Assembly: GCF_006345805.1 (NCBI RefSeq)
Contig: NC_043000.1
Location: 82,646,001-82,710,000 of the forward strand
DNA from: Octopus sinensis
Lineage: Eukaryota
DNA length: 64,000 nt
Direction of reading: 5' to 3'
Shown: positions 29,548 to 43,189 of the stretch, one piece after another
How the letters are laid out: each line of letters opens with the position of its first letter
Numbering within the stretch: position 1 is the first letter of the stretch
Position numbers and translations under genes: made by a program
Notes under the pieces: generated by a model
Database searches by the model: none
Seen by the model: only the letters and a program-made list of their open reading frames with translations
What the model was told of the DNA's origin: nothing

Positions 29548-31262
29548 GCACATACATATATATATATTTTTTTTTATATATTTTTTTACATACATACACA
29601 CACACACACACATAATACATGTGTATATTCCTACTATACCCATACATTTCTATACATATATACGATACACATATACAGGCGTGCACATACAATATGTGAA
29701 AGGTCTTAGGAGAAAAGGTAATCGGGGGTGCTAGGGGACGGTGGGATTGGGGGGGTTTTGTGGTGGGGTGTCATCAATCTGGTTGCCGGGTAGGTCTATA
29801 GTTCTTGTAGTTCGCATACTTCTTATGCATGCAATTTGGGAGTGTTCTGAGATTTTGTTAAGGAGAGGGCCTTTGGCGACAAGATCTCTAGGCTCTCCGA
29901 TATGCAGAGGTCAGCAGGTATGGCCTCCTGTGTACGAGCGCGCCTTCTGTAGTAGTTTCCACTTGGTCTTGAAGGGGATGGAGTTCCTTTTAGGTACCAG
30001 ATGTGGGCGGCGAGGGTAGTTTGGTTGGATTTATCCTGTCGCCGGAACGAGTGTGTTGTGCGTACCAAGCTGTTTGACGTCATTCCGATGTAGGATTTCT
30101 TTTATCGTCAGGCCTGATCTTACCTCGCATGTATATACTAGGTCCCTCTGTAGGCAGTTGTTGTTGAGGGGGCAGGTGGTTTTATCAGGGCAGTTGCAAT
30201 TGCTATCGGACGTTGGATGGGCCTCGGAAAAAGTAGATATGTTAAGTTTTTTCACATTGTTGTTGGCTAGTTCCTGGCTAGATTGGGCGTGGTAGAGTAG
30301 GAGAGTCTAATGTGTTCTTATTTAGGATAGTGTAGTACTTATGTTGGGTGGGGAAGTGTTTCTGTAGGAGGGTGAAGAAGATTTTAGCTACAGGTGTAGC
30401 GACCTCACGGTTGAAGGGGGGGTTGTACCAGCTAATGTGTCTTCGTCTATTTTTCCTGGGTTGGCGTGGGGCTATACTAGTATAGGTATCTTATCTTTAA
30501 AGCCACTGCGGGCCAGGGCCTCGTTTGTAATAGGGGGCTGCGGCCTAAAGATATCTTCCGTGGCGGACAGGCTAGAATTCTAATTGAGACACTTTTTACT
30601 AGGTTATCTAATATATTTTTGGGTGGTTGGAATTAATATCTATATTCTAAGGGATTCATTCGGTTTGTGGTACGGGTAATAAAGTGAGGTTTTTAAGTCG
30701 AGGGTGACATCAAGGAAGTTAGCTTTTGTTAAGTTGGATTCTAAGGTAATCCTAAGGCCTAAGTTTTTAAAGAAGGGTAAAGATTTTTCCGGAACCCATC
30801 CGTGGTCCTGGGTTTATTTTGTGGAGGGCGAAAAGGCCGTCATCTCGCGTAAAGACCACCGGAGAGGCCTGTGAATAGGTTTTCAGCCTATGAGGATGAA
30901 AGGCCCACTAGTACTTATTTCAGCAGAGTCGTTAGCACCCATGCTGACGTCGAAGGGGGTCACAGATTTTTTTTTGATCCAGTGGGATCCGTCATAGAAG
31001 AAAAGTCTTACGTGCGTGGAGGATCACACCTAAGTATGAATTTTGCGCTATGCCTACCCCCAAAAAGTCCCCCACCAACACCCCTTTAAACCTGCCTAAA
31101 TGTATAAATGCCAATACAATTCTTGTTAACTAGCTCCGAAGATTTCTCTTGACTGAAACAGTTCTAGTCCTGTAGAAGCTCCTTCTATATAATAAATTAT
31201 TTTACTCTGCTATGTATTGAGTACCTTATTTACTGTGGTTAACCCCGAATCAACCCGGGACC
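26761..31262 (-). mobile_element. Penelope-like element: RT C-terminal part plus GIY-YIG endonuclease, inverted terminal arms, microsatellite-expanded 3' region
   Basis: Minus strand 29780-30900: ANFLDVTLDL..YPYHKPN, ISWYNPPF, CNCPDKTTCPLNNNCLQRDLVYTCEV, IGMTSNS, NQTTLAAHIWYLK. 26761-26926 is the reverse complement of 31030-31196. Confidence 0.8.
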
Positions 31263-31296
31263 TACATATATATATATAGATATATATATATCTATA

Positions 31297-31354
<58 letters not shown>

Positions 31355-31366
31355 TATATATATATG

Positions 31367-31400
<34 letters not shown>

Positions 31401-31951
31401 TCAGATAGATAGATAGATAGATAGACAGACAGTCAACAGACAGCAGATAGACAGACAGATATACACACACCGACACATATGTCTTACACACATATGCACA
31501 CATACATACGCGCACACACACACAATATAGAATTGCATAGGATCTACATTAAAATCGCATGTATAAACACTCAATTAAAAGATAGGAACAGTGTGTATAT
31601 ATGTGATGGTATGTACATATATGTATGTAGGTGTGTACGTCATTATGCATATACCTATATCTGACAATTGTACATTTAAATGAACGTGTGTATGAGTGAC
31701 TGTGCGTGCACGCATGTAGACGGGAACATAATTGCATGTGTATATATATATATGTTTTTCCAATATCTATTTCAACATAGAGTCTTTTAACCATGTCTTT
31801 CCTATTATAACAATACTTTGTGTGTTAAATTGTGGCTTTGAAGATAAAATTTAATATGTGCATGGCGTAAACAACACGCACACTGATGAATATTAAAAGG
31901 AAATTATTTGTTTTAATCCTCCTTTTATTTTTAATATTTTTGTAACATATA

Positions 31952-32113
31952 GGTGCAGGAGCGGCTGTGTGGTAGGAAGCTTTCTTCCCAACCACATGGT
32001 TCCAGATTCAGTCCCATTGTTTGACACCATGGGCAAGCACCTTCTACTGTAGTCTAGGGCCGACCAAGACCTTCTGAGCGAATTTGGTAGACGGAAACTG
32101 AAAGAAACCCGTC

Positions 32114-32190
<77 letters not shown>

Positions 32191-32427
32191 CGTGTGTGTG
32201 TGTGTGTTTTTATTAGTCCCTCACTAGCGCTTGACAATCGATGTTGGTGTATTTATGTCCCCGTAACATAAAGGTTCGGCAAAAGGGACCGATAAATTAA
32301 GTACTGATTGCTTTTAAAGAAATAAGTAGTGAGGTCGATTCATTCGAATAAAATGCATCAAGGCGGTGCCCCAGCATGACCGCAGTTTAGTGAGAGAAAC
32401 AATAAGATAAAAGATAAAAAAAGATAG
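31952..32427 (+). mobile_element. Full-length tRNA-head SINE with internal (GT)n
   Basis: Head ggtgcaggagcggctgtgtggtag..ggttccagattcagtccc, central TG array, tail ggcggtgccccagcatgaccgcag..aagataaaagataa; collinear with 35474-35926 and 38618-39015. Confidence 0.8.
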
Positions 32428-32454
32428 TAAAAAAAAACTTGGTTTTTATGCATA

Positions 32455-32575
32455 TATTACGGCCATATCACGTTGAATGCGCCGGTTCTCATCCGATCAC
32501 GGAATTCAAGCAATGTCGAGCCTAGTGAGCACTTAGATGGGGGACCGCTTGGAAAACCTAGATGCTGTAAGCTTC
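32455..32575 (+). rRNA. 5S: 5S rRNA-derived copy (probably a pseudogene or SINE head rather than an array gene)
   Basis: ~120 nt tacggccatatcacgttgaatgcgccggttctcatccgatcacggaattcaagcaatgtcgagcctagtgagcacttagatgggggaccgcttggaaaacctagatgctgtaagctt matches the metazoan 5S consensus throughout, including box A/box C-like segments; solitary, with scattered substitutions. Confidence 0.85.
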
Positions 32576-32581
32576 TCACAC

Positions 32582-32644
32582 TTTTTAAAAGCGGTGCTCC
32601 AGAATGGCCCCAGTCAAATGACTGAAACAAGTAAAAGAATAAAA

Positions 32645-32645
<1 letters not shown>
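32582..32645 (+). mobile_element. SINE 3' tail attached to the 5S copy
   Basis: aaagcggtgctccagaatggccccagtcaaatgactgaaacaagtaaaagaataaaag matches tails at ~9035-9095, 32358-32427, 35875-35926 and 39411-39462. Confidence 0.8.
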
Positions 32646-32683
<38 letters not shown>

Positions 32684-32684
<1 letters not shown>

Positions 32685-32965
32685 GAGGGAAAGTCAAAAA
32701 TTATCCGCACTTTCACCATAACATAACTTTAGTATTGTCATACTGCTTTCTGTGCATGCGTGCTTATAGTTGGTACTATTGTGGTCTCGTGATCGAAGTT
32801 TGAGTCTGATCGCAGCATTTTTCTTTCTGGTTTTACAGTGTAAGCATGGCCGTTCTACTAGCAATGTGCACCAAAGAAGAACAGAGAGCAGTGATCCGAT
32901 CTCTCTGGTCGGAAGGTGTGTCAGGTGCTGAAATTCATTGGAAGTTTTTAGCAAAGTATTCTGCA
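32684..32965 (+). mobile_element. mariner transposon 5' fragment (left TIR plus start of transposase)
   Basis: TA|CGAGGGAAAGTCAAAAATTATCCGCAC; from ATG 32846 reads MAVLLAMCTKEEQRAVIRSLWSEGVSGAEIH, a mariner paired-like HTH start. Confidence 0.75.
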
Positions 32966-34041
32966 AACCATCTTTTTAACAAAAGAAAAACCAATGAAAC
33001 ACAGTAATAGTGGGCTACAGCTCCACAGAAAATTATATTACGACTTTGTCACTTCCATATCAAAGTTTCCCGGACCGCAAGCCGGTTAAACATTCCATCT
33101 CTAACTATAATATCCCCGCTTTGTCTCCCGAATGAGTGGTTCCTTGATACATATAGTGTGTGCCTAATGAAAGAATTGGTATGTCAAGGTAAGGTATTAT
33201 CGTCTGATGATAGGGACAGAAACGATATCGATCTTATTAGAAATTCCCTTAAAAACCGATAATCCAATATTTATTCCCCCCTTTCGTGACCCGGAAAACA
33301 AGATTACTACATCATTGTCTCAGTATATCTTGAATCTGAAAGATAAAGTTTTATTAAAAGAGAAAAATGAGCGCATGAGTTATTGAAAACGCTATACCAT
33401 CTAGTGTGTATAAATAAATGCTTAATTTTTTACTTTTTCACTTATGTCATTAGACTGCAGTCATGCTCGGGCACCGCCTTAAAAAAATTTTAGTCGAATA
33501 AATCGACCCCAGAATTTTCTTTTTTGCATGCATATATATTTATATATAATTATATCTATATATGTATGCGAATTCATATACGAGTGTGTGTAGGTGAAGC
33601 CTACTTTAGTCTGTGTGTATATACGTGTATATGTATTATGTATATATACGTATAATATGAAGTGGAGTGAGAGACAGTAGATGAATATCTGAGTACGTAT
33701 ATATGTGAGTATAAGTGTTGATAATAAAATGTTGAACACTTAAACAGGTGTATATACTTGCATTACGGAAGCATGTTTGCATTACACAGCAGAGATAAAC
33801 GAAGGACACAAACATTTGCATATATATACTTACGCATGCGCACAAAAAATATATACATGTATGTACGTTGTGTAAATATATATACGTATATACATGCATG
33901 CCTGTAGGTATGTATGTGTGTATGTATGTATGTAGGTAGGTAGGTAGGTAGGTAGGTAGGTAGGTAGGTAGGTAGGTAGGTAGGTAGGTAGGTGTAGATA
34001 GATAGAAAAAGTGAGACAGACAGATATGTATATATATATAT

Positions 34042-34074
<33 letters not shown>

Positions 34075-34101
34075 GATAGATAGATAGATAGATAGATAGA
34101 G

Positions 34102-34160
<59 letters not shown>

Positions 34161-34661
34161 CAGATAGATAATAGATAGATGAATGGATGGATGGACGGAC
34201 GCGTGTATGTATGTATGTATGTATGTATGTATGTATGTATGTATGTACGTACATATGTATGTCTCTGTAAAGATTCAGAAAGTAAATTTACAAATACATA
34301 CACAGGTATTGATATAGATATACGTGCGCGCGCGAGAGCACACGTACACACACACACACACATACGCACACACAGAGAGCTGCATTTTCATAAACACACG
34401 TACACAGACATTCACACAGATACAACACACATACAGTTATGTACATATGTACATACACAAATGTACAAACACCTACACATATCTATATATCTATATATCT
34501 ATCCATCTCTTTCTCTCTCTAAATATAAATACACACACACCACACACACACCACACCACATATATATAATATTATGTATATATATTATACAATACATACA
34601 TATAGTACATATATATAATATATACCTGTATATATACATATATACATACATACATATACTT

Positions 34662-34697
<36 letters not shown>

Positions 34698-35473
34698 TAT
34701 AATATATATATATTATACATATATAAATATACGTACATACACACACATACATACATACATACGTACATGCATACGTATACATATATAATATATATTATAT
34801 ATATAATATATATATATTGCGAGAGACACGGATGAGCGAATATATTGTACACAATTGTAAAATGCACTTGTGCAATGTATTCCCTTTCGTTGCACGTCAG
34901 TACAGTTGAGTACAGCTGCACTGGGCTGCAGCAAAGACGTCTGCACACGTGAGTGCAGCGCTTGCTGTATTCACTGCACGGAAGCGGGTGAGAGTATGAA
35001 ATTATATTGCAGGAACATTTGTAGACAGTCAACTGCAGTTGTCATGCCTGGCGGAGCACATAGCATATCTCGTATGCAGCTTAGAAAATAATATGTAACA
35101 CTATACTGCAACTGCACTACAGCCAGCGAGGGAACTCCTAACCGGACAGAGGAGTCATTAGAAGTAACAGTCAGATTTCGTTGTATTCATTCCCCGTCGT
35201 TTTTAAAGTAGTGGAAAGAACAATATTAGGTTATGCTGTCCAAACCACTACGACCATACTACTAAATGTGATAGTCATGATTGGATGACCTCTGTTTATT
35301 GGTCTTCACGACCAGGGCTGGCCTTTGGCCAAACAGCAATAACAAGATGAACGATGACGTCAAAGAGAGTCTATATATAGTCATCGACCTTCGAAAAATA
35401 GCAGCTAGATATCCTTCAAATCATACTCGATCGTCTTCAAAATGGAACGAAAGTACCATATTACGTATTTATT

Positions 35474-35646
35474 CGCAGGCGTGGCTGTGTGGTAAAATGT
35501 TTACTTCCCAACCACATGGTTCTGAGTTCACTCCCACTGCGTGGCACTTTGGGCAAGTGTCTTCTGTTATAGCCTCGAGACGACCAAAACCTTGCGAGTG
35601 AATTTGGTAGACGGAATCTGAAAGAAGACCCTCGTATATACATAAG

Positions 35647-35699
<53 letters not shown>

Positions 35700-35926
35700 C
35701 GTGTGTGTATGTGTGTCAGTGTTTGTCCCCCACCACCACTTGACAACCGGTGTTGGTGTGTTTATGTCCTCAAATCTTAACGATTCTCCAAAAAGAGACT
35801 GGTAAAATAAATACCAGGATTTAAAAGAAAATAACTACTGGGGATAGATTAGTTTAACTAAAAAAATATTCCTCAAGGCAATACCCCAGCATGGCCGTAG
35901 TCTAATGACTGAAACAAGATAAAAGA
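35474..35926 (+). mobile_element. Full-length tRNA-head SINE
   Basis: Collinear with 31952-32427. Confidence 0.8.
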
Positions 35927-36501
35927 TTCTTAATCATAAAAAAAATAAAGGCTGGCACTACCTCCTTCACTACACACTACACCTACACTCTACACACTGC
36001 ATGCCAAGCTTTACACACTGCATACTGCACGCTACACGCTACACAGTGCACACGACATACTACAGAATATTTTCTACAAATTACATACTGCAAAGTGCTC
36101 ACTACACGCTAAGCACAACACATTATATTGCACATGTTAGACACTACACATGCGCTACACTCCACGATACACATACTACACGTTGTACATATTACACACT
36201 ACACTCAACACATTATGTACCCATGCTGAACAATACACTCTTCTTTCAATCTCTCTCGCCTTCTATCCTATCGTTTTCTCTTTTATCCGTCTCTCTCTAT
36301 ATGTGTGTGTGTATGTGTGTGTGATTTTTTTTCTATCGAATCATTTCTCTCTATAGATCTCCCTGTCTACCTTTCCATGCCTTTATCTATCAATCCATAT
36401 CCATCTGTATATTTATCTACCTCTCTTTCATCCGCTCTCTATATCTATTTCACTTTCTCGCCTCCTCTCTCTCTCTCCCTCCCTTTCTCTCTTTCTTTCT
36501 T

Positions 36502-36567
<66 letters not shown>

Positions 36568-38097
36568 ATTCTCTGTCTCCTCCCATCTCGTATATCAGAA
36601 TAGAATTCAAATGGTCCAATAATGAATATATCAAACTACTTGAAAACCCAACAATGACGAGTTCGATTCATCTTCGAATGTTTTCGTTTTTCATGTTGCT
36701 CATGTGGTTCACCATCGTAGAATTTTCGAGAAACAGAAAGAAACGTCTCAACAAAGCCGATCTCTTCTCTAAACTTCTGGTCTTCTGAAATAGCAGTTTG
36801 GGGAATTTCTATTACAGTTGCTCGAACTGAACATCGACTGTGCCAGGTTCACCTGTCTACCGACATCGTGGGCGTGAACCTCCTCTTCTGAGGAAGACTT
36901 ACTGCTGTTCGAATCTTACCCTTTTATGAACCGTATGGCTTCATAATGAACAGTATTTTTCACCAATCGAACGAAATAGATGAGAGTGTCAGAGAGAGAT
37001 GAGTAGAAAGAGAGGGTAGAGAGGGTGATAAGATAAGAGAGAGAAAGGGAGATAGCCAAGATAGTTTGCTAAGTTATAGTCTCTCAGTCACAAATGCATA
37101 TCTAAAAGGTTTTAGGAGCACAAAATAAATAATAACAGTAATACAAGATAATTAATTTTATACTTTTAGGATGAAACCAGAGGGATATAAAGTAATTAAC
37201 TTTACATTATAAAGAAAAAATGTTGAAGACTTCGGCGTTTCGGACAATTGTCTGTTGTCAAGAAAAATCAGAAAAAGTAATATGAGAAAATACTATTTTT
37301 CAACAAGAACCATGTAGTTAATGAATAACATTAAAGATAGAAGTAAATAGAATGGAATGATTTTTCTTAGCCCGGAGAGTGCTTTCGATCAAGGGAAATA
37401 ATGTGTGAGCGTTTAGCATGTATGTGTGAGAGTGCCTGTCTGTTTTCTCAAGTCAAAGAACATAGGATGTGAGAATGTGTTTCATTATGTGCGTGTAACT
37501 AAGCGTATATGTGTGTTGAACGATTTGTATGAACATGTGTGCCTGTATATATAGTTGTACTCTTGTGTAAGTGGTGTGAGTGACGCTTAATGGTACATGT
37601 GATAGATGGATGGTGTATAAGTGTGTGAGTGTGTGTGAGTGTGTGTGTGTTGTGTGTGAGTGTGTGTTGTGTGTGTGTGTGTGTGTGTGTGTGTATGAAG
37701 ACGGATGGTATGGGGTTGCGATGTGCACTAGTGGGTTTCTAACGTTGTGGTGGGTTAGGTGAGAAGTAGCGTTACAAAAGCAAAACAAGGTGAATATTAA
37801 TCCCAGTAGGGTGATCTGTGAAGAGATGTGTGAAGGATTACACGGTCCACTAAAGGCTAGCAGTCACAATAACCACTCTTCCTGTAAAAGTGTAATATAT
37901 AGATATATGTATGCACATGTATATATCTGTGTGTGTATATATGTATGTATGCATGCATGTATGTATGTATGTATGTATGTATGTATGTATGCATGTATGC
38001 ATGTATGTATTATGTATGTATGTATGTATGTATGTATGTATGTATGTATGTATGTATTTATGTATGCATGTATGTATGTGTTTGTGTGTATGTGTGG

Positions 38098-38330
38098 AGG
38101 TGCGTGGCTTAATGGAATGGTTAGGTTTTTGCACTCATGATCGTAAGATTGTGATTTCCATCCCTGAACTGGGGATGGCAAGACTCTCCATTTCACGTTG
38201 TTTCAGTCCAATATACTGGAAAAAAGAAGTGGGTAATCCTGCGACGGACCGGGGTCCTGTCCAATATATAGTCCACAGAATCCGGGAAACCGGCCTCATG
38301 AGCTTATGACTCGGGAAGGACGTGGGAATG
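38098..38330 (+). mobile_element. Degraded tRNA-head SINE (different body)
   Basis: ggaggtgcgtggcttaatgg..cactcatgatcgtaagattgtgatttc head resembles those at 49258 and 18348. Confidence 0.5.
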
Positions 38331-38341
38331 TTTTTCTTTGC

Positions 38342-38374
<33 letters not shown>

Positions 38375-38494
38375 GTATATACATACATACATACACATAC
38401 ACACGTATACCCACACATATACATACATATATTTATATATATATATATAATATATATATATATAATATATATATATATAATATAATATGTATAC

Positions 38495-38541
<47 letters not shown>

Positions 38542-38617
38542 TGTATGTATGCATGTATGTATATGTATATATACGTACACACACACACTCACACACATAT
38601 ATATATTATATTATTTT

Positions 38618-38813
38618 TTTTATTCTTTTACTTCTTTCAGTCATTTGACTGCGGCCGCCTTTAGTTCAACTAATCGAGCCCAGAACTTATTCTTTGTGAG
38701 CTTAGTACTTATTTCATCGGTGTCTTTTGCCGAACCGCTAAGTTACGGGGACGTAAACAGACAACATCAATTGTCAAGCGATGATGGCGGGGACAAACAC
38801 AGGCACACAAACA

Positions 38814-38857
<44 letters not shown>

Positions 38858-39015
38858 ACGACAAGCTTCTTTCAGTTTCTGTCAACCAAATCCACTCACA
38901 AGGATTTGGTCAGCCCAAGGCTATAGTAGAAGACACTCGCCCAAGGTGCCACGCAGTGGGACTGAACCCAGAACCGTGTGGTTGTGAAGCAAGTTTCTTG
39001 CTACGCAACCACGCC
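38618..39015 (-). mobile_element. Full-length tRNA-head SINE
   Basis: Reverse complement collinear with 31952-32427; internal (TA)n. Confidence 0.8.
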
Positions 39016-39034
39016 TATATATATAATATATTAT

Positions 39035-39101
<67 letters not shown>

Positions 39102-39239
39102 CTATGAGTGGCCATCGTACATCGGTCGCTCGCGATTGAGATGCTGTACAAGCAATTGTGGTACATCGTCAGAGCAGAGGTGTACCCAAATATAAAGTTA
39201 CTACTGATATGTATGTGCGTGTGTGCATGTCTATGTGTG

Positions 39240-39462
39240 TCGTGTATTTATGTGTGTGTGTCTTTGTGTCTGTGTTTGTCCCTCCATCACCGCTTGACAA
39301 CCAGTCTTGGTGTGTTTATGTCCCCGTAATTTGGTGATTTGGCAAAAGAGAATAAGCACTAGGCTTTAAAATAATAAGTCCTGTGGTCGAATTGTTCACT
39401 AGTAAAATTCCTCAAGGTGGTGCTACAGCACGGCCGCAGTCAAATGACTGATACAGATAAAG
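39240..39462 (+). mobile_element. 3' half of the main SINE
   Basis: tgtttgtccctccatcaccgcttgacaacc..gcagtcaaatgactga. Confidence 0.7.
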
Positions 39463-40769
39463 TGTGGGATATATTTTATCGGCTCTCTTTTGCCGAACCA
39501 CTAAGCCACGGGGACGCAAACAAACATCAGTAGAAATGCAGCAGAACAACAGCTGAACATCAGTAGAACAGTAGCAGGACAACAGCCGAACAACAGTAGG
39601 ACAAGAGTAGAACAGCAGTAGGACAACAGCAGAACATCAGCAGAACAGAAATATGACAATAGCAGAACAGCAGTAAGATAACCGAACTACGGTTAATTTG
39701 AACTCTTGGAGTTGAGAGACTGAAGCGGTGTGGCAAAAAGATGAGAGGAAATAGCAACAAAGGGCCATGGTAGGGTGATACTGTACAAACTGTAGGTTGG
39801 GGGTCTATGTATGTGTATCGAAGCAGATGTTTCTGCATGTACGTTATACATGTGTGTGTGTGCGTTAATATGACAGTGTGTAGGTTATATATGAGTGGCT
39901 GTGTCTATGTATATGTGAATGAGTGTGTCGATGTGTACAAGAGCAGGTTTTTATAAGCATGTAAGCACGTTTATATGTGTACAGAATCAGACAGGTGGTA
40001 AATATCTGTGTAAATATCTGTGTGCGTGTATGTGTGTGTAAGTGAGCGTGTGTGTGCACGTATGTATGTGTGCGTGCGCACGCGTGCGTGTATGAATATC
40101 TATAAAAACGTATGCGTATGTGTGTGTTTGTATGTAAGAATATGTGTTTGTGGATGTTAGCGCATTTATCTGTGAAATCAGACAGGTGTGTGTTTGTAAG
40201 TGTGTGTATTTGTATGTGCGTTTGTCTCTAATCCCTTATGACTGAACATGTATATGTGTAAACGTATCACAATGCAGATAAGTAAACCTTTGCATGTATG
40301 CATATGGATATGTTTGTACACATCTGTGCGTGTTTATATCAATGCTCGAGCATGTAGATGTGTGTACGTATGTGTGAGTGTATGTGCTCACATCTGTGTA
40401 AGTGTTGACGATGTATTCATATGAGGCCATCTGTATCTGCGTGTGCTTTGCGTGACGCGCATGCGCTAGCCACGTGCATATTAATACTATACATTCATGG
40501 GAGTATGTCTCTATGGATGAGTGCGTGTGTGTAATGTAAAACTGTTTAAGTGCTTGCATGCGTGCAGATGCGATTGTATGTCTTGCGTGTGCACGCATGC
40601 ATGTGTGTACCTGTTTGCATGTGGACGTGTGCATATATATGTGTGTGTATGTGTACATGTGTTTATGTATGTGTGTGTGTGTATTCATGTGTTTATGTGT
40701 GTGTGCGTGTGTGTGCGTGTGTGTGTGTGTGTGTGTATACATGTGTTTATGTGCGTGTGTGCGTGTGCA

Positions 40770-40802
<33 letters not shown>

Positions 40803-40961
40803 TTGAATTAGTGAAGTAGAATTAATGTGAAAGAGACTGGATAGGAAAGAGAGGAATAAAAGTATCAGAGATATTGAGATAAGGTGGGTAGAAATGCGAT
40901 TGGTACACATACGCACTCGCATATATATATATAATATATATATAGAGAGAGAGAGAGGGAG

Positions 40962-41037
<76 letters not shown>

Positions 41038-41042
41038 GGATG

Positions 41043-41110
<68 letters not shown>

Positions 41111-41700
41111 TAGATATATAGGCAGATAGATAGATCGATAGATATAGGGATAATATATATACATATATATATATACATACATATATATATATATATGCAT
41201 ACATGCATACATATGCACACACACATACATACGTCAAGTACTTATGTGAATATATATGCATGTATATATATATATATATCACTAAAGTGACTATAAGTAT
41301 GTATATATATGTATAAGTGTGTGTGTTGTGTGTGCGTGTATATGTGTATGTGTTGTGTGCGCGCGTGCGTATGTCCGTGCGTGTGTGCCTTTGTGTTTGT
41401 CCACCCACCCACCAATTTCCAGTCAATATTTAGGTTCAGTCACATTCTTCATTTTCTAAAATTATTTTGACAATTCGTTTCGTAATTTCTGTGGAACTCT
41501 TTTCCATTTTGAAGTTGTTTCAATCGATTTAATATATTAATTATCACTTCTAAAATCTAACTTATTGGCATTTGAAACGCTACTATTCAATCTCGAAGGT
41601 ATTTAATAAAATATTTTTTAAAAAATAATTCTGACTTAAATTTTAAACTATAATATATTATATATATGTGTGTATATATATATATATATAGATATAATAT

Positions 41701-41732
<32 letters not shown>

Positions 41733-41810
41733 TATATATATATATATATGTATGTATGTATATATATTATCCCTATAACTATCGATCTATCTATCTGCCT
41801 AATATCTATA

Positions 41811-41869
<59 letters not shown>

Positions 41870-41956
41870 GTCAGCATCGAAAAAATGGGATAAAAGTAAA
41901 AGAGAAGGAAAACGAAACGCGAAACGCAAACAACGATGTTATTATTTATAGGTGCA

Positions 41957-42010
<54 letters not shown>

Positions 42011-42806
42011 CGTGTGCTTGCGTGCGTGAGTTTAAATTTTCTAAATTACTTATAATATAAATGTCTTCCGCTCTTTCTGTTTAAGTCTTGGTCCCTCGTC
42101 TGCTTGAAGCAGGTTAAGGTAATTGTCGTGCTAACGACGCCTATCGAGGTAGGAACACGTATCCAAGAGAAACTGACCTTAATTGCTCCCCTAGAAGCGG
42201 AGATAATTTTAAAAAATCAAGAATTTATATTATATTTGATATAGCTTTGTGTATGTGAGTGTGTGTATGTGTGTGTATGTGTGTGTGTGTGATGGCGCTT
42301 GACCTATTGGTTAGGCTATTGATCGCTAGATCATGAGTTCGATTCCTGGACCGAGCGAGACGTTGTGTTTTTGAGCAAAATAAGGTATTTTAGGCTGTTC
42401 CAGTCTACTCAGTTGTAAATTGCTCACATACTGCAGTCAATCCTAACCCTAATTGTATACATACATACTGACAGCGTCTGTAAACGGCCGAAAGCGGCAG
42501 TCGTGATGTCCCTATACCATCGACGGTTTCGGCTTTAAAACCGAAGCCACGGTCGGCATAACCCGCCAGTTTCCGGACAAGAACGCCAGCAAAATATATG
42601 TCTACCCCATACAAATCAATGGATGATTTAGCGAATAACTAGTGGCAAATGTGAAGAAATTATTCTGGCATTACACATACGAATATGAAAGTGTAATGAC
42701 CCGAACGTAAATATATGTATATATACATATACATGCATATATACGGATACACAGCCTATGAAATATACTTACATGCGCACGCACACGTACACACATACAC
42801 ACACAC

Positions 42807-42884
<78 letters not shown>

Positions 42885-43189
42885 TGACTGATTGATTGAT
42901 TGATTGATTGATTGATACATACACACATACATGCATATATACATACATGCATACATACATACATGCATACATACATACATACATACATACATACATACAT
43001 ACATACATACATACATACATACATACATACATACATACATACATACATACATGCTTGCATGCATAAACATACGCAACTCATAGTCATGTAGATATATTTC
43101 TTCCGTGCTTTTAGTTTTTTGCGTTTTCTAGTCCATGAGCAGCGGTCATGCTGTGCCACCCACAATTACTATCGCTGTGTACCACTACA

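Noticed and set aside
32455-32575. Functional 5S rDNA array gene
   Set aside because: Solitary, carries scattered substitutions relative to consensus, lacks an immediate T-run at the mature end, and is joined to a SINE tail.
39525-39690. Regularly spaced cagtagaa/acaacagcagaa repeats, superficially array-like
   Set aside because: Degenerate ~11 bp minisatellite with no unique spacers; not CRISPR. The 7-mer ctacaca field at 35960-36230 is likewise simple.
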